The notes under the pieces: model-generated
What the model saw: the letters and a program-made list of their open reading frames with translations, nothing else
Databases searched by the model: none
What the model was told of the DNA's origin: nothing
Source: Callorhinchus milii
Taxonomy: Eukaryota
Length of the DNA: 64,000 bases
Assembly: GCF_018977255.1 (NCBI RefSeq)
Contig: NW_024704743.1
Span: 97,838,001-97,902,000 of the forward strand
Direction of reading: 5' to 3'
Shown: in pieces, positions 1-12,270 of the stretch
Position numbering within the stretch: the stretch's first letter is position 1
Layout of the letters: each line of letters opens with the position of its first letter
Made by a program: the position numbers and the translations under genes

Positions 1-689
1 TGTGAAGTAAGGAAACCTGCCCATTGAGGTTAGAGTTACTCAGCTCATTGTTTTGGTAGAAAGGTACAACCAATGTACATCAGCTTTGAGACTCCTGGAA
101 AGCTTGTTTTTTGGTACCTTAGCCAACAATCAAATTAAATGGGAGGATGGCTCAACATAATTTGAAATAAGGTATCTTTCAACTTCATAGATTTTAAAAT
201 TCTGAATTCTGTTTAAAATGAGGAGAAACATTTCTAATATAAAAAGCCTCTGATTCTAAAAAGATATGTCCATTATTACATTGTATGTGTAACTTAAGAT
301 GACACAATGTAATAACTTTCTTTTTTACATACAGTATTTTACTATAACACACTTATCTTAAAATCACACTGTGTTGTGTCGAGCATAGTAATAGAGCAGT
401 AATATGGGAAACAATTAAGATGAATGCTGCAATGTATAGTTAATAGAACAGAGCTCTCAACTGAGAAATATGAAAATGGTTAACTAAGAACAATTGATGT
501 GGATCTAAGAGCAGTGATACATCTTGACCAGCCTAAAAATAAGAGAAGATCAAGGCAACAATCAATGTAGAGTCATGTGGCAAGCAAAACTACTATTGAT
601 TTTTCATGTGGTAGTGAACCCAGCCAGTCCTCAGGGGCTTTTCAAAGAGATCCCAAAGTCCATAGTTGCCCCTATACTGTCAACTTTCA

Positions 690-1400
690 TTTTATATTCC
701 TTTGGGCCGGAAAAATAAATTCTCTTCCAATTATCCAGCCGCTCACATAATAAGCTCTGTCATCCGCTCAGCCTGTAGCGTGTTTACTTCTCCAACACCA
801 GTCCTCCGTATTTATTTATTTATTTATTTTGGAAATGTGAACAGTGACTGTGTGTGTGTGAGAGAGTGCCCACGTGTGATCTGAATATTTCCTGAGCCTG
901 TGCAAAGTACTGACAGGCTGCAAGTAGTTGAAGTGTTACATAACCCTCTGGCTTATTTGTTATCTGGGAGAGACAGATGATGTTGCTGGTGAATGTAGCT
1001 AAAGGATTAATTTCAGCTTGTCACCATTTGTTTTCAAAGATTGCTGTGATCCCTGGATCCATGCATCTCCAAAGGCTTTCAACGCTGATTTTGATTAATG
1101 CAGCGGATGGCTCTTCAATGCGCTAGCTACTGCAATGAATTTGATGACCTTTTCAAGAGTGATCACTGATGGAATTTTGTCTGAAAGTTCAGCAAATGCT
1201 GCTGTGCTTTCTTTCTTATTGATTAAAGAAAATGAAGAGCTAAGGGCTGTAATGAAAGACAACTCTGTGATTGAATGCACTCAAAGCTATCTGTTTTCAC
1301 GTATGAAATTTTATTTTCCAATCCAATTCATTTCCCATTGGATTCAGTAAAGTCTAATTTGCCGGGTGGGTCCCAAGTGCATAATATGTCAGTTCGGTTA
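690..1400. promoter_or_regulatory. Candidate conserved non-coding element/enhancer
   Basis: No recognisable repeat. Motifs: TGTTTAC (781), CACGTG (871), TGACAG (911), CTGTCA (757), TGATTAAT (1092); several retained CpGs. Conservation not testable here. Confidence 0.35.
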
Positions 1401-2128
1401 AACGTGTGCAAAATGCATTTGTTCAGAAGGAGTTACAGGTGACGTTGACTATAGAATAGGAGAGCAATCAAAGTAAATAATAGTTTGATGAAAACTAGTT
1501 TATTGGGAAGGATTTCAACCTGGGTTTGCATTTACTCCATTTACAATTAACATTTCAAATTGTGCAGAATTTAACATACTGTTTTGTTCAATCTTAATAT
1601 GAAGAGCCCTATATAAATGCAAGTTGTTGTTGGCTACTTTATAATCTTTGTTTTTGTAGTTTTTAAAAGAACTTGAAGAAAAACAGCTTCAAAATTAAAG
1701 TTGTATTGAAGAATTTGCCCAATTCTGGATGCTTGAAATGTAGATTAAGTTACAATATATTTTACATTTATATAGCACTTTTCACGTCGGGAGTACACCT
1801 CAAAGCACTTGACAAGGCTGGATGGACACCTGAATTGGGAGCTGAGAGAGGTGGAGAGGAGAAAGGCACCATATTTGGTGCCAGACAATAAGTAATTAAC
1901 AATTACAAAATTAAAAATATGTTTGCACACGTTTAACCCAGCGTGCAAATTACCTTCCTTAATGCAGCTAAACAGTATCATTTTGCGTCCTGTCATATAA
2001 CTTCACAGAACAAAGCAGGAAAACTTTGTAAAACATTTTGTGACAAGAAGCCAAGAAAATAACATGAGCCAGAGTTTACAACTGATGCCCATAGTTTTGT
2101 AGCTATTAACTTGGGCATAATGGAAGAT

Positions 2129-2335
2129 TGTCAGCTTGGCCCAGTTGGCTCCACTCTTGCCTCTGGGTCAGAACGTCCTTGGTTTCAACACTCTGGAAAG
2201 GGCTCCACATTACAGTATCAACACTAGTGCAGTATTAGCAAATGCTACATTGTCGGTGGTGCATCCCTGAGGATGTGACGTTAAACTGAGGTCCCATCTA
2301 TCTGTTCAGATGTTCAGGTGGACATCAGTGATCAT
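2129..2335 (+). mobile_element. Old Deu-domain SINE, 5' part
   Basis: Head TGTCAGCTTGGCCCAGTTGG..., then GGATGTGACGTTAAACTGAGGTCCCATCT, matching other copies such as 7059 and 53072. Confidence 0.75.
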
Positions 2336-2978
2336 AGAGGCTAGGATTAGATGGAATTTTTGGACCTTATGAAACTAATCCTCCACTTGTTGTACATCAT
2401 TGGACTTGTCTGAAAACAGCGCATGAATCTCAAATGGGCAATGTAGCAATGTATTGCTTTAACAGGAATCTGACCCCGCTGTCACTGGTCTGCAACTTAT
2501 TCTTTTGTGATGGACACTAACAATTTGGAATGCTGGCATTTAACATCAAGACCAGTCTTTTGTTCAACGGTTAACCCTTTTGTAATGGACTCAAATTCAA
2601 TATTCAGTGAATGCCAAAACGCTGTGTGGATTAGCACTTGTTTCGGACTGGAGTCCTGGGGTTAATAAAATGACCTTTCTAAGTGATAGCTTGGACTATG
2701 AGTTGCCATGCATGATTGTTGTGAGCAGCTCGAGTGGATTAGTCAGCATGTCACAGCTAGTTATTCGTTTATTCGTTGAGGAGGCTAACCGAGGCTGACA
2801 ATTTATTATTATTAGGCTGCATTTAAAATTCTTTTTTTTTTGGTCTGTCTGGTGCGGAAATCCAGCACCATTGCTTAAGAGTAACTGAGAACTGAGGGTT
2901 CCATCTACACATGGAAATTATTAAGATATTTATCGGACTGGAATGTGCACTCTCTGCCTGGAGGGACATGTCCTGCTT

Positions 2979-3358
2979 ACAACGACGACAACAATTTGAA
3001 TTTATATAGCACCCTTCATGCAGGGTAGCATCTCGGGGCACTTGATAGTGGCGTAGTCTGACACTGAGCCAGGGGGGGAGGGAGGGGGGAGGTGACCATA
3101 AGCATGATCAAAAGGAAAGGTCTTTAGGTGGGATTTGAAGGTGAGGAGGGAGCGGGCAAGGCGGAGGGATTGAGGGAGTTTTGTGGTGTAGTGGCTGAAG
3201 GCACGTCCACCAAGGGTGGAGCGAAAGGGACGAGGGACAAACAGGAGGCCAGTGCCAGCTGAGCGGAGGCAACGAGTGGTGGAGTGGGGGGTAAGCAAAT
3301 CAGATAGGTAGGGAGGTGCGAAGGCATTAAGACATTTGAAAACGAGTGAAAGGATCAA
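2979..3358 (-). mobile_element. L2 LINE 3' fragment (ORF2 C-terminus + tail)
   Basis: Peptide FKCLNAFAPPYLSDLL...LRSAG..LLFVPR..STLGGRAFS...FKSHLKT; tail resembling TATATAAATGCAAG(TTG)n. Confidence 0.92.
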
Positions 3359-3449
3359 TTTCCATCAAGTTCAATTGAAATCAAGCCTATAGTGTGGTCC
3401 ACTAAGCTATCACTTAGAAAGGTCAGCTTACTCAATTTCCAGAGAGTTC

Positions 3450-3912
3450 AAGGTGCAGATTGGCTAGAACCAAGGCTTGTGTGTTGGGATATAAGGTCCT
3501 GCTTGCCTAATTCTGGATTGTATTTGGTGCAGGCTGGCAAGGGCAAAGGCTTATGGTCCCCAGAGTGCGCGTTAGGGTATTGGTAGAGTCTAACCATCTA
3601 AAACTGTATAGCTTGCCATTGAAAGCACTGTCAGATAAGCTTTAGCTTTGGCTTGCTGAATGGAGCTGAGTGGGAAGAATCCTTGCCCCCAGTGACTGGT
3701 TTGCCTTTCCAAATCCTGCCAATGAGCCAGGTTGGCTGTGCTGTCATCAGCAGTACCCTGGAGTGCTGGGCCCCGCTTGGCTCAGGAACTGGACTACTGA
3801 GACTGCAACAGAGGGCTGGCTCAATTCTGACATTCTTTTGCCAAAAATGCCACCTTGGAGCCAGTTCAGATCTGAGGAGATCCCGTTTATTTTCCCCCCA
3901 AGGAGGATATCA
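3450..3912 (-). repeat. Unclassified ~550-bp interspersed repeat (family X)
   Basis: Shares blocks with 27575-28095 (GGCTCAGGAAC...ACTACTGAGACTGC...AGAGGGCTGGCTC...CACCTTGGAGCCAG) and 18295-18822; strand set by the A-rich end of other copies. Confidence 0.8.
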
Positions 3913-6280
3913 TTAGTCAAATAAAAATTCAAATCGTCATCCTAAAATTCAAAAATGTTTGATTGACTTGAACTTCACATATTAGACTTTTTTCAAGTAA
4001 TGTTAACAAATCTGGTGAGGACAGGCAGTAAATTAGACCTGGAAGGGCTAAAAACCCACTTCAGTTTCCAATTAGCTCACTGGTTGTCTCACTTCACTAG
4101 TTGTTGCTCTCATTTAAGGTTCAAATAAGACCAAAGAAAGAGAATCAAAAAACTGAAAATATTGGTTTAAATTGGATTCAATTGTGATAGAAAGCACTTG
4201 TGTTTGTTTCACTATATGCTGCAAATTGTAAACTTTCTTTATGTTTAATAGGTTGATCAATTCTGTGTTTTGCCCAAGTTATATATTTTTAAGAATATTG
4301 TTACGATTTCAGCCCCCTAGTGGGTTAGATGCCACATTGAATTTTCAAATGTAGCAACAGGAATCTATTTATGACAATTTCTAACCGGGGCTCATTAATA
4401 ATATCTGAGGCGCATTCTGGTACATAACAGAATGGGAGTGTAGGTGTAGTGATGGCATATTTGCACATAGCAATGTCCTACAAACTTGAAATTAATAACT
4501 GATTTTATCTGGAGGATTGGTGGCCAAGACACTAGGAGAAACTCCTTTTAACTCACTTTAACATCCACTTGAATAAGCAAATGGTGCCTCAGTTTAACAA
4601 ATGAGATTCAAAGCATTAAACAGTAAATTTTATTTGGGAATATCAAAAAAATTACGACATTCACAAACGATAAGTGGCAATTTCCATAAGCTACCAAAAT
4701 TTGGTTAACAGAAATCCAGCGAGTCATACTGGTCCTCTGCACTTTGACACGTTTCAGAAATCACAATAAGCCATCTTGCAAATACAGCAAATTAGACAGC
4801 ATTCGATAAAGGAATTAGAAATCATAATTAGCACTTGCATTCCCACTCAGTCAAGGTAAAATGTAAAGGTAGCCACCACTTACTGACAAGGCTTGCTGGA
4901 GCAAACATGAAGCTATGTAAAATCCTTACTTTGGCACAATGTGCCTCTGCACAATTTCTGAGTCTTTGCCTCTGGCTATATCCTATTATGCCAACCAAAG
5001 ACTAAGGGAAATATAACAATTAGTTGGACAAGCAATTGGAGATCAAGAGGGACGTTCCACATACCTCACAGTTAACTAACAGAGAAATAACCTAAGTGTA
5101 AAATCATTATTGTATTACGTTACTCACTTTTCATTACATTTAATCATTATGATCTTTCCTCATTTGCTTCTCATTACTTTGCTCAATTCCACATCATTTA
5201 GTTTACAGGAATCACTAATATAGCTCTTAGCTCTCTGCTAAGAATTTATGGATCAATATTATCAAAGGTTCCTGTATAAAGTCCACCTTCTCACCTCATT
5301 GTTATTTTGGTAAGAAAGGTGTTGTCTTGTGTAGCGGGTGGCAATGGTAATCTGAATAAGAGTATATGGTGTGCTGACCAAGGAAATATTAGATAAATGT
5401 TTCAGCAATTACTTGTAGATACGAGTGAATAATCTAATGAAGAGAGGTACGTCAGTGCCAGGATTAGGTGCCCTTTATGTCTCTCAAGTAGAAATCCATT
5501 GTGTCTCGCTTGTCCATATTTTATAAATGCACAACACTTTGCACAGCCTCCCGAACACAAGCCAAAGACTTATCTGCTGTAACAGGAGGATTTGTGACTC
5601 AATTAAACTCGTGGGGTTGCAAGATGAAAGAAAAGAAAAATTTGCGGAGATAGAAAAGAACTTAATTCTACAATGATTCAAAATAATAGCTTTACTGGGA
5701 AATCATAGATAAAGAAAGCTGACTATAAGCAGGCAAACTGCATTAAAGGGGACATGTTCTGATTCTGTACCTGGTGTACATTAAAGCCCTTTATACAATG
5801 CTTGGCTGTAAATGACTCTCTGTGTGGGAATGTAATATTTCCCCACTGGCAAAAGCTTCACTTTAAGTGCACAGCCGTTATAATCACACCCAAAGCTGGA
5901 AATAAATCTATTGACCTCTGTAAAACACCAGGTGACCGGTAATCCAGATGTGTTAATCATAATCTAGTTGGCAACTAATAGAGCAGAAAACACATAAAGG
6001 ATGTTTTAGTAATAGATGGAGGCTATCATTATAGAAGAGCTACAATTCGCACTTACAACAACTGACATCTATATCGCACCTCTCAGAATGCTTCACAATG
6101 ATGGAGCAAATGCCATGTAAGGGAGAAGAGCGAGGAAGAAAGGGGAGTGACCATAGTAGTTTTCATATGGTATTTAAAGCCAGATAGAGAGAAGATAAGA
6201 TGGAGGATAGCAAGTATCAGTGAATGATCTTTTACAAGGAAGCAGCTCTGTTGCCTCCTGCAATGGAAATAAAGCCCCTT

Positions 6281-6793
6281 AAAAATAATAATTTGGTAAC
6301 TTAATCCATGACTGTTTGTGGGACACTATTGTGTGCAATTGGCAGTCACATTTTTGCTCAGAATACAGAATACGTGGAGTCCTGTAGCTCAGTGGTTAGA
6401 GCACTCGCTTTGCAAACGAGAGAGCTGAGTTCAATTCCAGGCAGGGCGAAACCTTGGGCAAGTTTCCTTACTCCACACAGAGCCTAATAATAATCCCTCC
6501 AAAACAAAACAATAATAAATTGGTCATTTTCAATCTACGACTGTTTGCGGGACATTGCTGTGCGCAATTGGCTGCCGCGTTTGCCCACAAATATACAGTC
6601 AATTCACTTTACAGTGTGTTCTGTGAAGCGCTTTGGGACGTCCTCCCGACGTGAAAAGCGCTATATCAAATGCAAGGATTATTATTATTATTATTATTGT
6701 AATACACATCACTTTACAATATATTCTGTGAAGCGCTTTGAGATGTCTAACAACATAATAAGATGCTATTTCAAATCAAGGATTATTATTATC
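6281..6793 (+). mobile_element. Older SINE 3' half, interrupted by a younger SINE
   Basis: Body runs 6281-6373, resumes at ~6699 (CACTTTACAATATATTCTGTGAAGCGCTTTGAG) and ends in a second (ATT)n tail. Confidence 0.8.
6374..6698 (+). mobile_element. Young tRNA(Ala)-like SINE, short form, full length
   Basis: A box TAGCTCAGTGG, B box GTTCAATTCC, TGC anticodon-like arm, 3' hairpin, (ATT)n tail; near-identical to 13293 and 32241. Confidence 0.95.
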
Positions 6794-7058
6794 AAAAGAA
6801 GGAAACAGGGATGGGGTTTGTATGGAGGCAATGGAATGAACCTGAGACAAAGAGGGACAGGAATATAGCCAAAGTTGCCTCCCTTTTTCCATTTTTAATC
6901 TCCGTATTCTCTTCCTCTGACCCATTGCTAGTTGGTCTTCCTCCCCCTCGCTTGCCTTAATACTTTTTGTTCCCTAATCATTTAACCGCTGTTGCTGCCC
7001 AGCAATAGCAGAATTACACTGTTGATTCTGCTAATTACATAGCAATAGTTATAATGTG

Positions 7059-7504
7059 TGTCAGCCGAGCACAACGGTAGCACTCTCATCTCTGAGTTGT
7101 GGATTCAAGCCCCACATCGGGACTAAGAATCACATAGCCTAAGGTAACACTCCAATGTAGTGTGTGGGGACGTCGTGCATTGTTGGAGGTGTCGTCCTTC
7201 AGATGAGACTTTAAGCTGAGGTCCCATCTGCCTGTTCAGGTGGATGTTAAAGATCCCATGGCACTATTCGAAAAGAGAAGGAAGTTTCTTCTGGTGTCCT
7301 GGCCAACAATCCCCCAAATCATTTTTTTTAAAATTGGTCATTCACTCCGTGGCTATTTATGGGATATTGCTGTGTGCAATTGCTGTCGCATTCAACTGCA
7401 AAATACACAATCAATCCCACTTTACAGTATATTCTGTGAAGCACTTTGTGATGTTTAAATGTTGTGATAAGGCAATATATCAAATGCAAGGATTATTATT
7501 ATTA
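7059..7504 (+). mobile_element. Deu-domain SINE, near full length
   Basis: TTGGAGGTGTCGTCCTTCAGATGAGAC...GTGGATGTTAAAGATCCCATGGCACTATTCGAA...GGTGTCCTGGCCAA (Deu core as recalled); tail ATCAAATGCAAGG(ATT)n. Confidence 0.88.
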
Positions 7505-9489
7505 ATAGCAATAGTGGGAATGCAGTAAAATAGAACAGTGGAATTAGCATTTGGTGCTGGGTCCTGGAGAGATCTATATTTTAAAATTATTACTGTTGTT
7601 TCAAATGACTATCTTAACAAAAAAATTAGTTGAGCCTGTGAAAAAGAAGCCAGTTGGCAACTCTCTGGATTGAAATTTGCAGTGTTTCATATTTTCAGTG
7701 TTTTGAAATGTACAATTCACCCTTATGGTGGGATGGTAACTTCCCACTCCCAACCCACATCCACACACCAGGAAGTAGAACTGGCAGAAAATAAGATAAT
7801 TGCACAATATCCCGATTTACAAAATGACTCGGCAGATGGGCAAGTAATAGAATGAGAAGCAACAGGGGAGGTTTATTAGAACTAAATATGACTGCACTCT
7901 GAGAATAGACTGTGACCCAACTGTTTCGGCTTAAAAAGAACTGTGGACACCTGGCTTCCAAATTAGGGCTGAATTTAAGAATTTTACAAAATTCTATATG
8001 ATCTTGAATCTTAAGACAATGTTCTTAAGGCTAAGACCATGAGAAGTTTCTGATCTCAGGGCCTCTCCTGTTATCACATTCGCTAAGTGTAGTGAGTATC
8101 TGTGGCATGGGCCTCAAGCCACCATGTACATCTAATCATGCACATTCTCAGTTTGATCCCATTTACAGCTTACGCCCTGAGGATCTGCTATCTTATCTCT
8201 GGCCTGAGTTGCTTTTGACATGGAAGTTGGAAGAGGCTTCAAGGAAAAATATATTGCATTGGCAAAATGACCTCAGGGATCATGCTGTCCACCAGCTACT
8301 GTAATAGCAGAGAAAAATGTAGTTGGCTAATCATTTTTCAGTTGAAGCCATTCAGCAAAGCAATGGATTCCAGGGCTCTGAAAGAACATACTGAGACATT
8401 GGTCAGTGTGTCTCCGTTTGAGGCCTGAGTCCCGAAGGTGAAAAATGTGTACGTTGATCAGGTTTGTGTAATGCCCTGCTTATTACTGCTGTTGTGACTT
8501 GATGTTGCTTCTGAGAGTGTAGACATCAACAACAACTTGCATTTATATGTGGCCCTCACACAGGGTAGAAGCTAGAGTAATGTTGCTTTTAGCAATATAG
8601 ATGTTTGGAGCATAAACCTGACATACCAACCTTCAAAACTCTCAGGCTTGGGGCTGAGGAGAGCTCCGTGAATGCTTTACCTGGGGGGTGAGGAACACTC
8701 TAGGAACCTGCTCAGGTCTCTAAAAAGATCAAAAAGCTTAAGACAACCAAGAAACCTGGAATTTCACCTATTCTTAGCTTGTAAGACCATTTTGTCTTAA
8801 GATTGTTCAGTATTTTTCAAATAAATAATAAATTCTGTCTTAATTTGAAAGTTGGTTCTGCACAGTATGTAAAAAATAAACTAGGCAGAATTTCGGACCT
8901 CAGATTTAAAAATAACAAGACTTCTAATCTTTTTAAAACTTCTTTTAAGGTTAAAAGTTCACATAACATTAAGTAACAGTGCAGTGTAAGTGGAGCTTAA
9001 ACCTACTGTTTATTAGACTGTGACAATTGATCGAGATGCCATTGTATATTGGTTAAAATGTATTTCCATGGCTGTTGTGAGTGCTGGAGCCTTTGCCTGA
9101 AGCATAAACGTAGAGGCACATTCTTTGATTGTCTCTTTATATGACATAATTGAATCCAATGAGGTACTATTTCTTTTCAGGATATTATTGATCGCTAAAA
9201 GAAGACAGAGCTAGGGAGAAAACCTAAGGAAATAAAATCAATTGGAATTTCACACTGCATCCAACCATTTCATTAGAGTAAACGACAGATTTTAATCGAT
9301 ATTTGAGGATTATCAGGGCAGTTTTCACAAGATCAGCAGATGATTTTTACATATACAAATATTGTATTTAGAACTTTCATAGCTCTTCAATCTTCATGGA
9401 ATTCTGTTGCATTTGTGAAGAGCAAACCATCCTAATATCTAAACAAAATACCTAAGGAATATTGTAATAATCTATTTTAAATTGATTGG

Positions 9490-9680
9490 AGCAACAAGTT
9501 ATCCTTTCAATTCTGTGAACTGGGTTTAAATCTAACCTGGACTGATTTTCTATTTCTGTTACATGTAAGCGACATATGTAAAAAAAATGAATTTACACAG
9601 TCTCACATTTATTTGCTAGCGAGTGTAGGTCCATTTTAGAAAATTGTTGGAAATATATCCAATTCAGTATAGAGAAAAAT
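9490..9680 (+). mobile_element. Possible highly decayed LF-SINE-like element
   Basis: CCTTTCAATTCTG...CTGGGTTTAAATCTAACCTGGACTG and CATATGTAAAA..ATGAATT...AGTCTCA..GCTAG..GGTCCA resemble the LF-SINE consensus from memory. Confidence 0.35.
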
Positions 9681-10234
9681 GTTGTCATTAAACAATCATT
9701 ATGCACTGTCGATTAAACAACAATTTGTTTGTGTTTTAGGGGAAACCTGAGATTGATTCAGACAAAGAAGGTCTCTTCAGCGAAAACAATTTCAGTTGTC
9801 TGGTATAAATGTAACATAAGGGAAATGAATTCCTATAGCAGAAACCCTGTTCTTAGTGGCTGCATGACAACAGCACCAAACTAGTTGCAATGTGGCACAG
9901 ATTGGCAACCTCAATCAGAGTCCATAGGAAGGTTGGTGTAGACAATAGTATATCAGATTATACTCTTGTGATGTTGAAGTTACTACACATTGGAGATTGT
10001 AAATATGACAATTTCTTAATAATTTTCATCGACCCAGTAATCCAATAGTGTCTTAAATTATACCCCATTATTGGGTCTCAAGCCACCATTGGATTGCTGG
10101 CCAGCAGATTTGGGTACTGCTTGCCAGGATAAAAGTTTAACTCATTGGAAAAAAATTGGAGCTCAGCCATAGCTAAACCATAGCAATTCAGATCACTGCT
10201 GTCAACAGCAATTGTGCAGTGTGGCACAAATAAT

Positions 10235-10410
10235 TATAATAATCCTTACACGGGGGGGTATCTCAAAGTGCTTCACATGCAGTGAATATGTATTTTTGTA
10301 GGCAAACTCACCAGCCAATTTGTACACAGTAATATCTAACAAACAACCATGAAGTGAATTACCAGTCAATGGGGAATTATTTGCTAGGACAGCAAGAGAG
10401 ACTCCCTTCG
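10235..10410 (-). mobile_element. Decayed Deu-SINE 3' fragment
   Basis: AATAATCCTT..CTCAAAGTGCTTCACA..CAGCCAATTTGTACACAG..CTAGGACA..ACTCCCTTC. Confidence 0.6.
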
Positions 10411-10413
10411 AAA

Positions 10414-10688
10414 AGTCTGAGAAAATTCTCAGCATAAAATAAATATCAGCAGTGAAATATATCAAATTGGCAAATGTTATTGTTAAGAAGGCACCAAACA
10501 TGGAAAACATTACTGAAAACTCATGAGAGAGTGTCTGTCTCATTTATATTACCACACATTAACATACTCCTAGTTACTGGAAGGAGTCACTATTTGGATT
10601 CCTTGGTTAGAGAGGAAACAATTAGTCTGAGTCTGAGAAAATTATGAGTATAATAAATACCAGCAGCGAAATATATCAAATTGGCAAA
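10414..10688. repeat. ~60-bp imperfect direct repeat (10414-10474 and 10630-10688)
   Basis: AGTCTGAGAAAATT...AATAAATA(T/C)CAGCAG(T/C)GAAATATATCAAATTGGCAAA occurs twice. Confidence 0.9.
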
Positions 10689-12039
10689 ATAATGCAGTGC
10701 GACGACTTAATAAAATAATTGAAAAATTCCATTAAGAATGTATGCGTCTTAGACCCAGTGTCATTACATACACCTCTGCTGACAAACATGGTAAACTAAT
10801 GTCCACTTGAAGCTACAATACCCTTTGACATGGAAAGGCATCATTTGGAGTCATGCTTGAGTAATTGGCATTCAGTTGGCACACACAAAAGCAGTAGAGC
10901 AGTAACTTTATAATTAGCAGGAAATTGAATTGCAAGAGACTCTGGTAAATGATCCACCAAACACTGTAACAAAATAATCTTCAGTGGTTATGATATTTAC
11001 AAGAAACCATAACCATACATAATGCTGAGAGGGCAACAGACGTGGACACCTTATAGAAAACTCAAAGAGAGATTGTCTGGCTCATTTATGTTGTTTCCCT
11101 GTGACTAATTGAGCATCTAAATTATTCAGGAGGAACTGATGCAAAGAAAGGCATTTATTACTTAGCACTTCGAGACATACCCTCCGTGAACGCGCTATAT
11201 AATTGCAAGCTGTTGTTGTTGACCTCTGCTTCAATAATTGTTACTCTTTAAACTGAAAGCAACAGTGGCCTTTCTAAATAATGGACCATTTAATCTCATC
11301 CTTCCAGAATGCCTGTCTTCCCAACACAGTGTTGAGCTGTTTGTTAAATGAGACAAGCATCCTCGCATAAATCACCCTTTCTACCAACCTGTTCAGTTGG
11401 GTTAGGAAATACTAGGCAACTCCTTGTTTATATGAAGATTGGGGTCCAATATCTCAGAGGTCACATTACAACATGATGGAAAAAAATCACCAATTTCTGG
11501 GTCATTAGGTCACTTGCTGCAATCTTTACATTGACCCTCTAAATGCCGGTGACTTCACTTTCTTCATGAAGTAATGTCAGTGGCACATTCTGCAAATGGT
11601 ATACAAAGACAGGCCAGGAAGTGATGTTAATGGCATTTCTGTACATGATATGCAAGCACAGCAGAAAATGCCATCAGTGGCAACCTGAAGTAAGCCGCAT
11701 TTTAGCATGGGAAGCTGCACTTATCAGTGCTGGATAGCAAGTGAGGCAAAGGTATGCTAAAGGGGCTCCTCCCAACTCCCTGAAATTCCCTTTTGGAGCA
11801 CTGAACCTGTGCTCTCTTGATCAGCACATCTGAAAGCATTGCTCTGAGTGTGCTTTCTCAATCCCATTTAGAATCTTATATTCCTTTACAAAATCCCCAC
11901 TGAGACAATTCTTTGCAAGGCAGAAAAGCTCTAGCTTATCTAATCATTGCTTGTTGCTCATTCTGGGGAATCACCTACTGCCATTTTACATTATTATTAT
12001 AGGGCCTCTAGGGCCTGGGCAGCTCCATATTTTGCAGTG

Positions 12040-12270
12040 ACCACGAACACACAAGCATCTGGGATGTGAAGGGCATGTGAAGGGTGCTAGATAAATGCAA
12101 GTTCTCATTGTTGTTCTTGTATTCCAGGTATGGCCTCCATGAATGTACAAGTGCTCCGGGATGATTCCCCGTGTGAAGGGAGATATATAAATGCAAGTTG
12201 TTGTTGTTGTTGACCAGAGTACTGTACAGCTTGAGCATGACTTCTGTGGATCTGAACTGGTGGGTTTTCC
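12040..12270. mobile_element. CR1 ORF2 relic (minus) broken by L2 tails (plus)
   Basis: Minus frame reads RSTEVMLKLYSTLV-[insert]-RPYLEY; plus-strand ..ATAAATGCAAGTT.. tails end near 12118 and 12211. Confidence 0.75.

Noticed and set aside
3740..3760. Hammerhead ribozyme core (CTGATGA) in family X
   Set aside because: Other copies read TTGATGA, and I found no stem II followed by GAAA at the right spacing
7670..7855. Possible coding exon
   Set aside because: No recognisable protein family and no convincing splice-site pair
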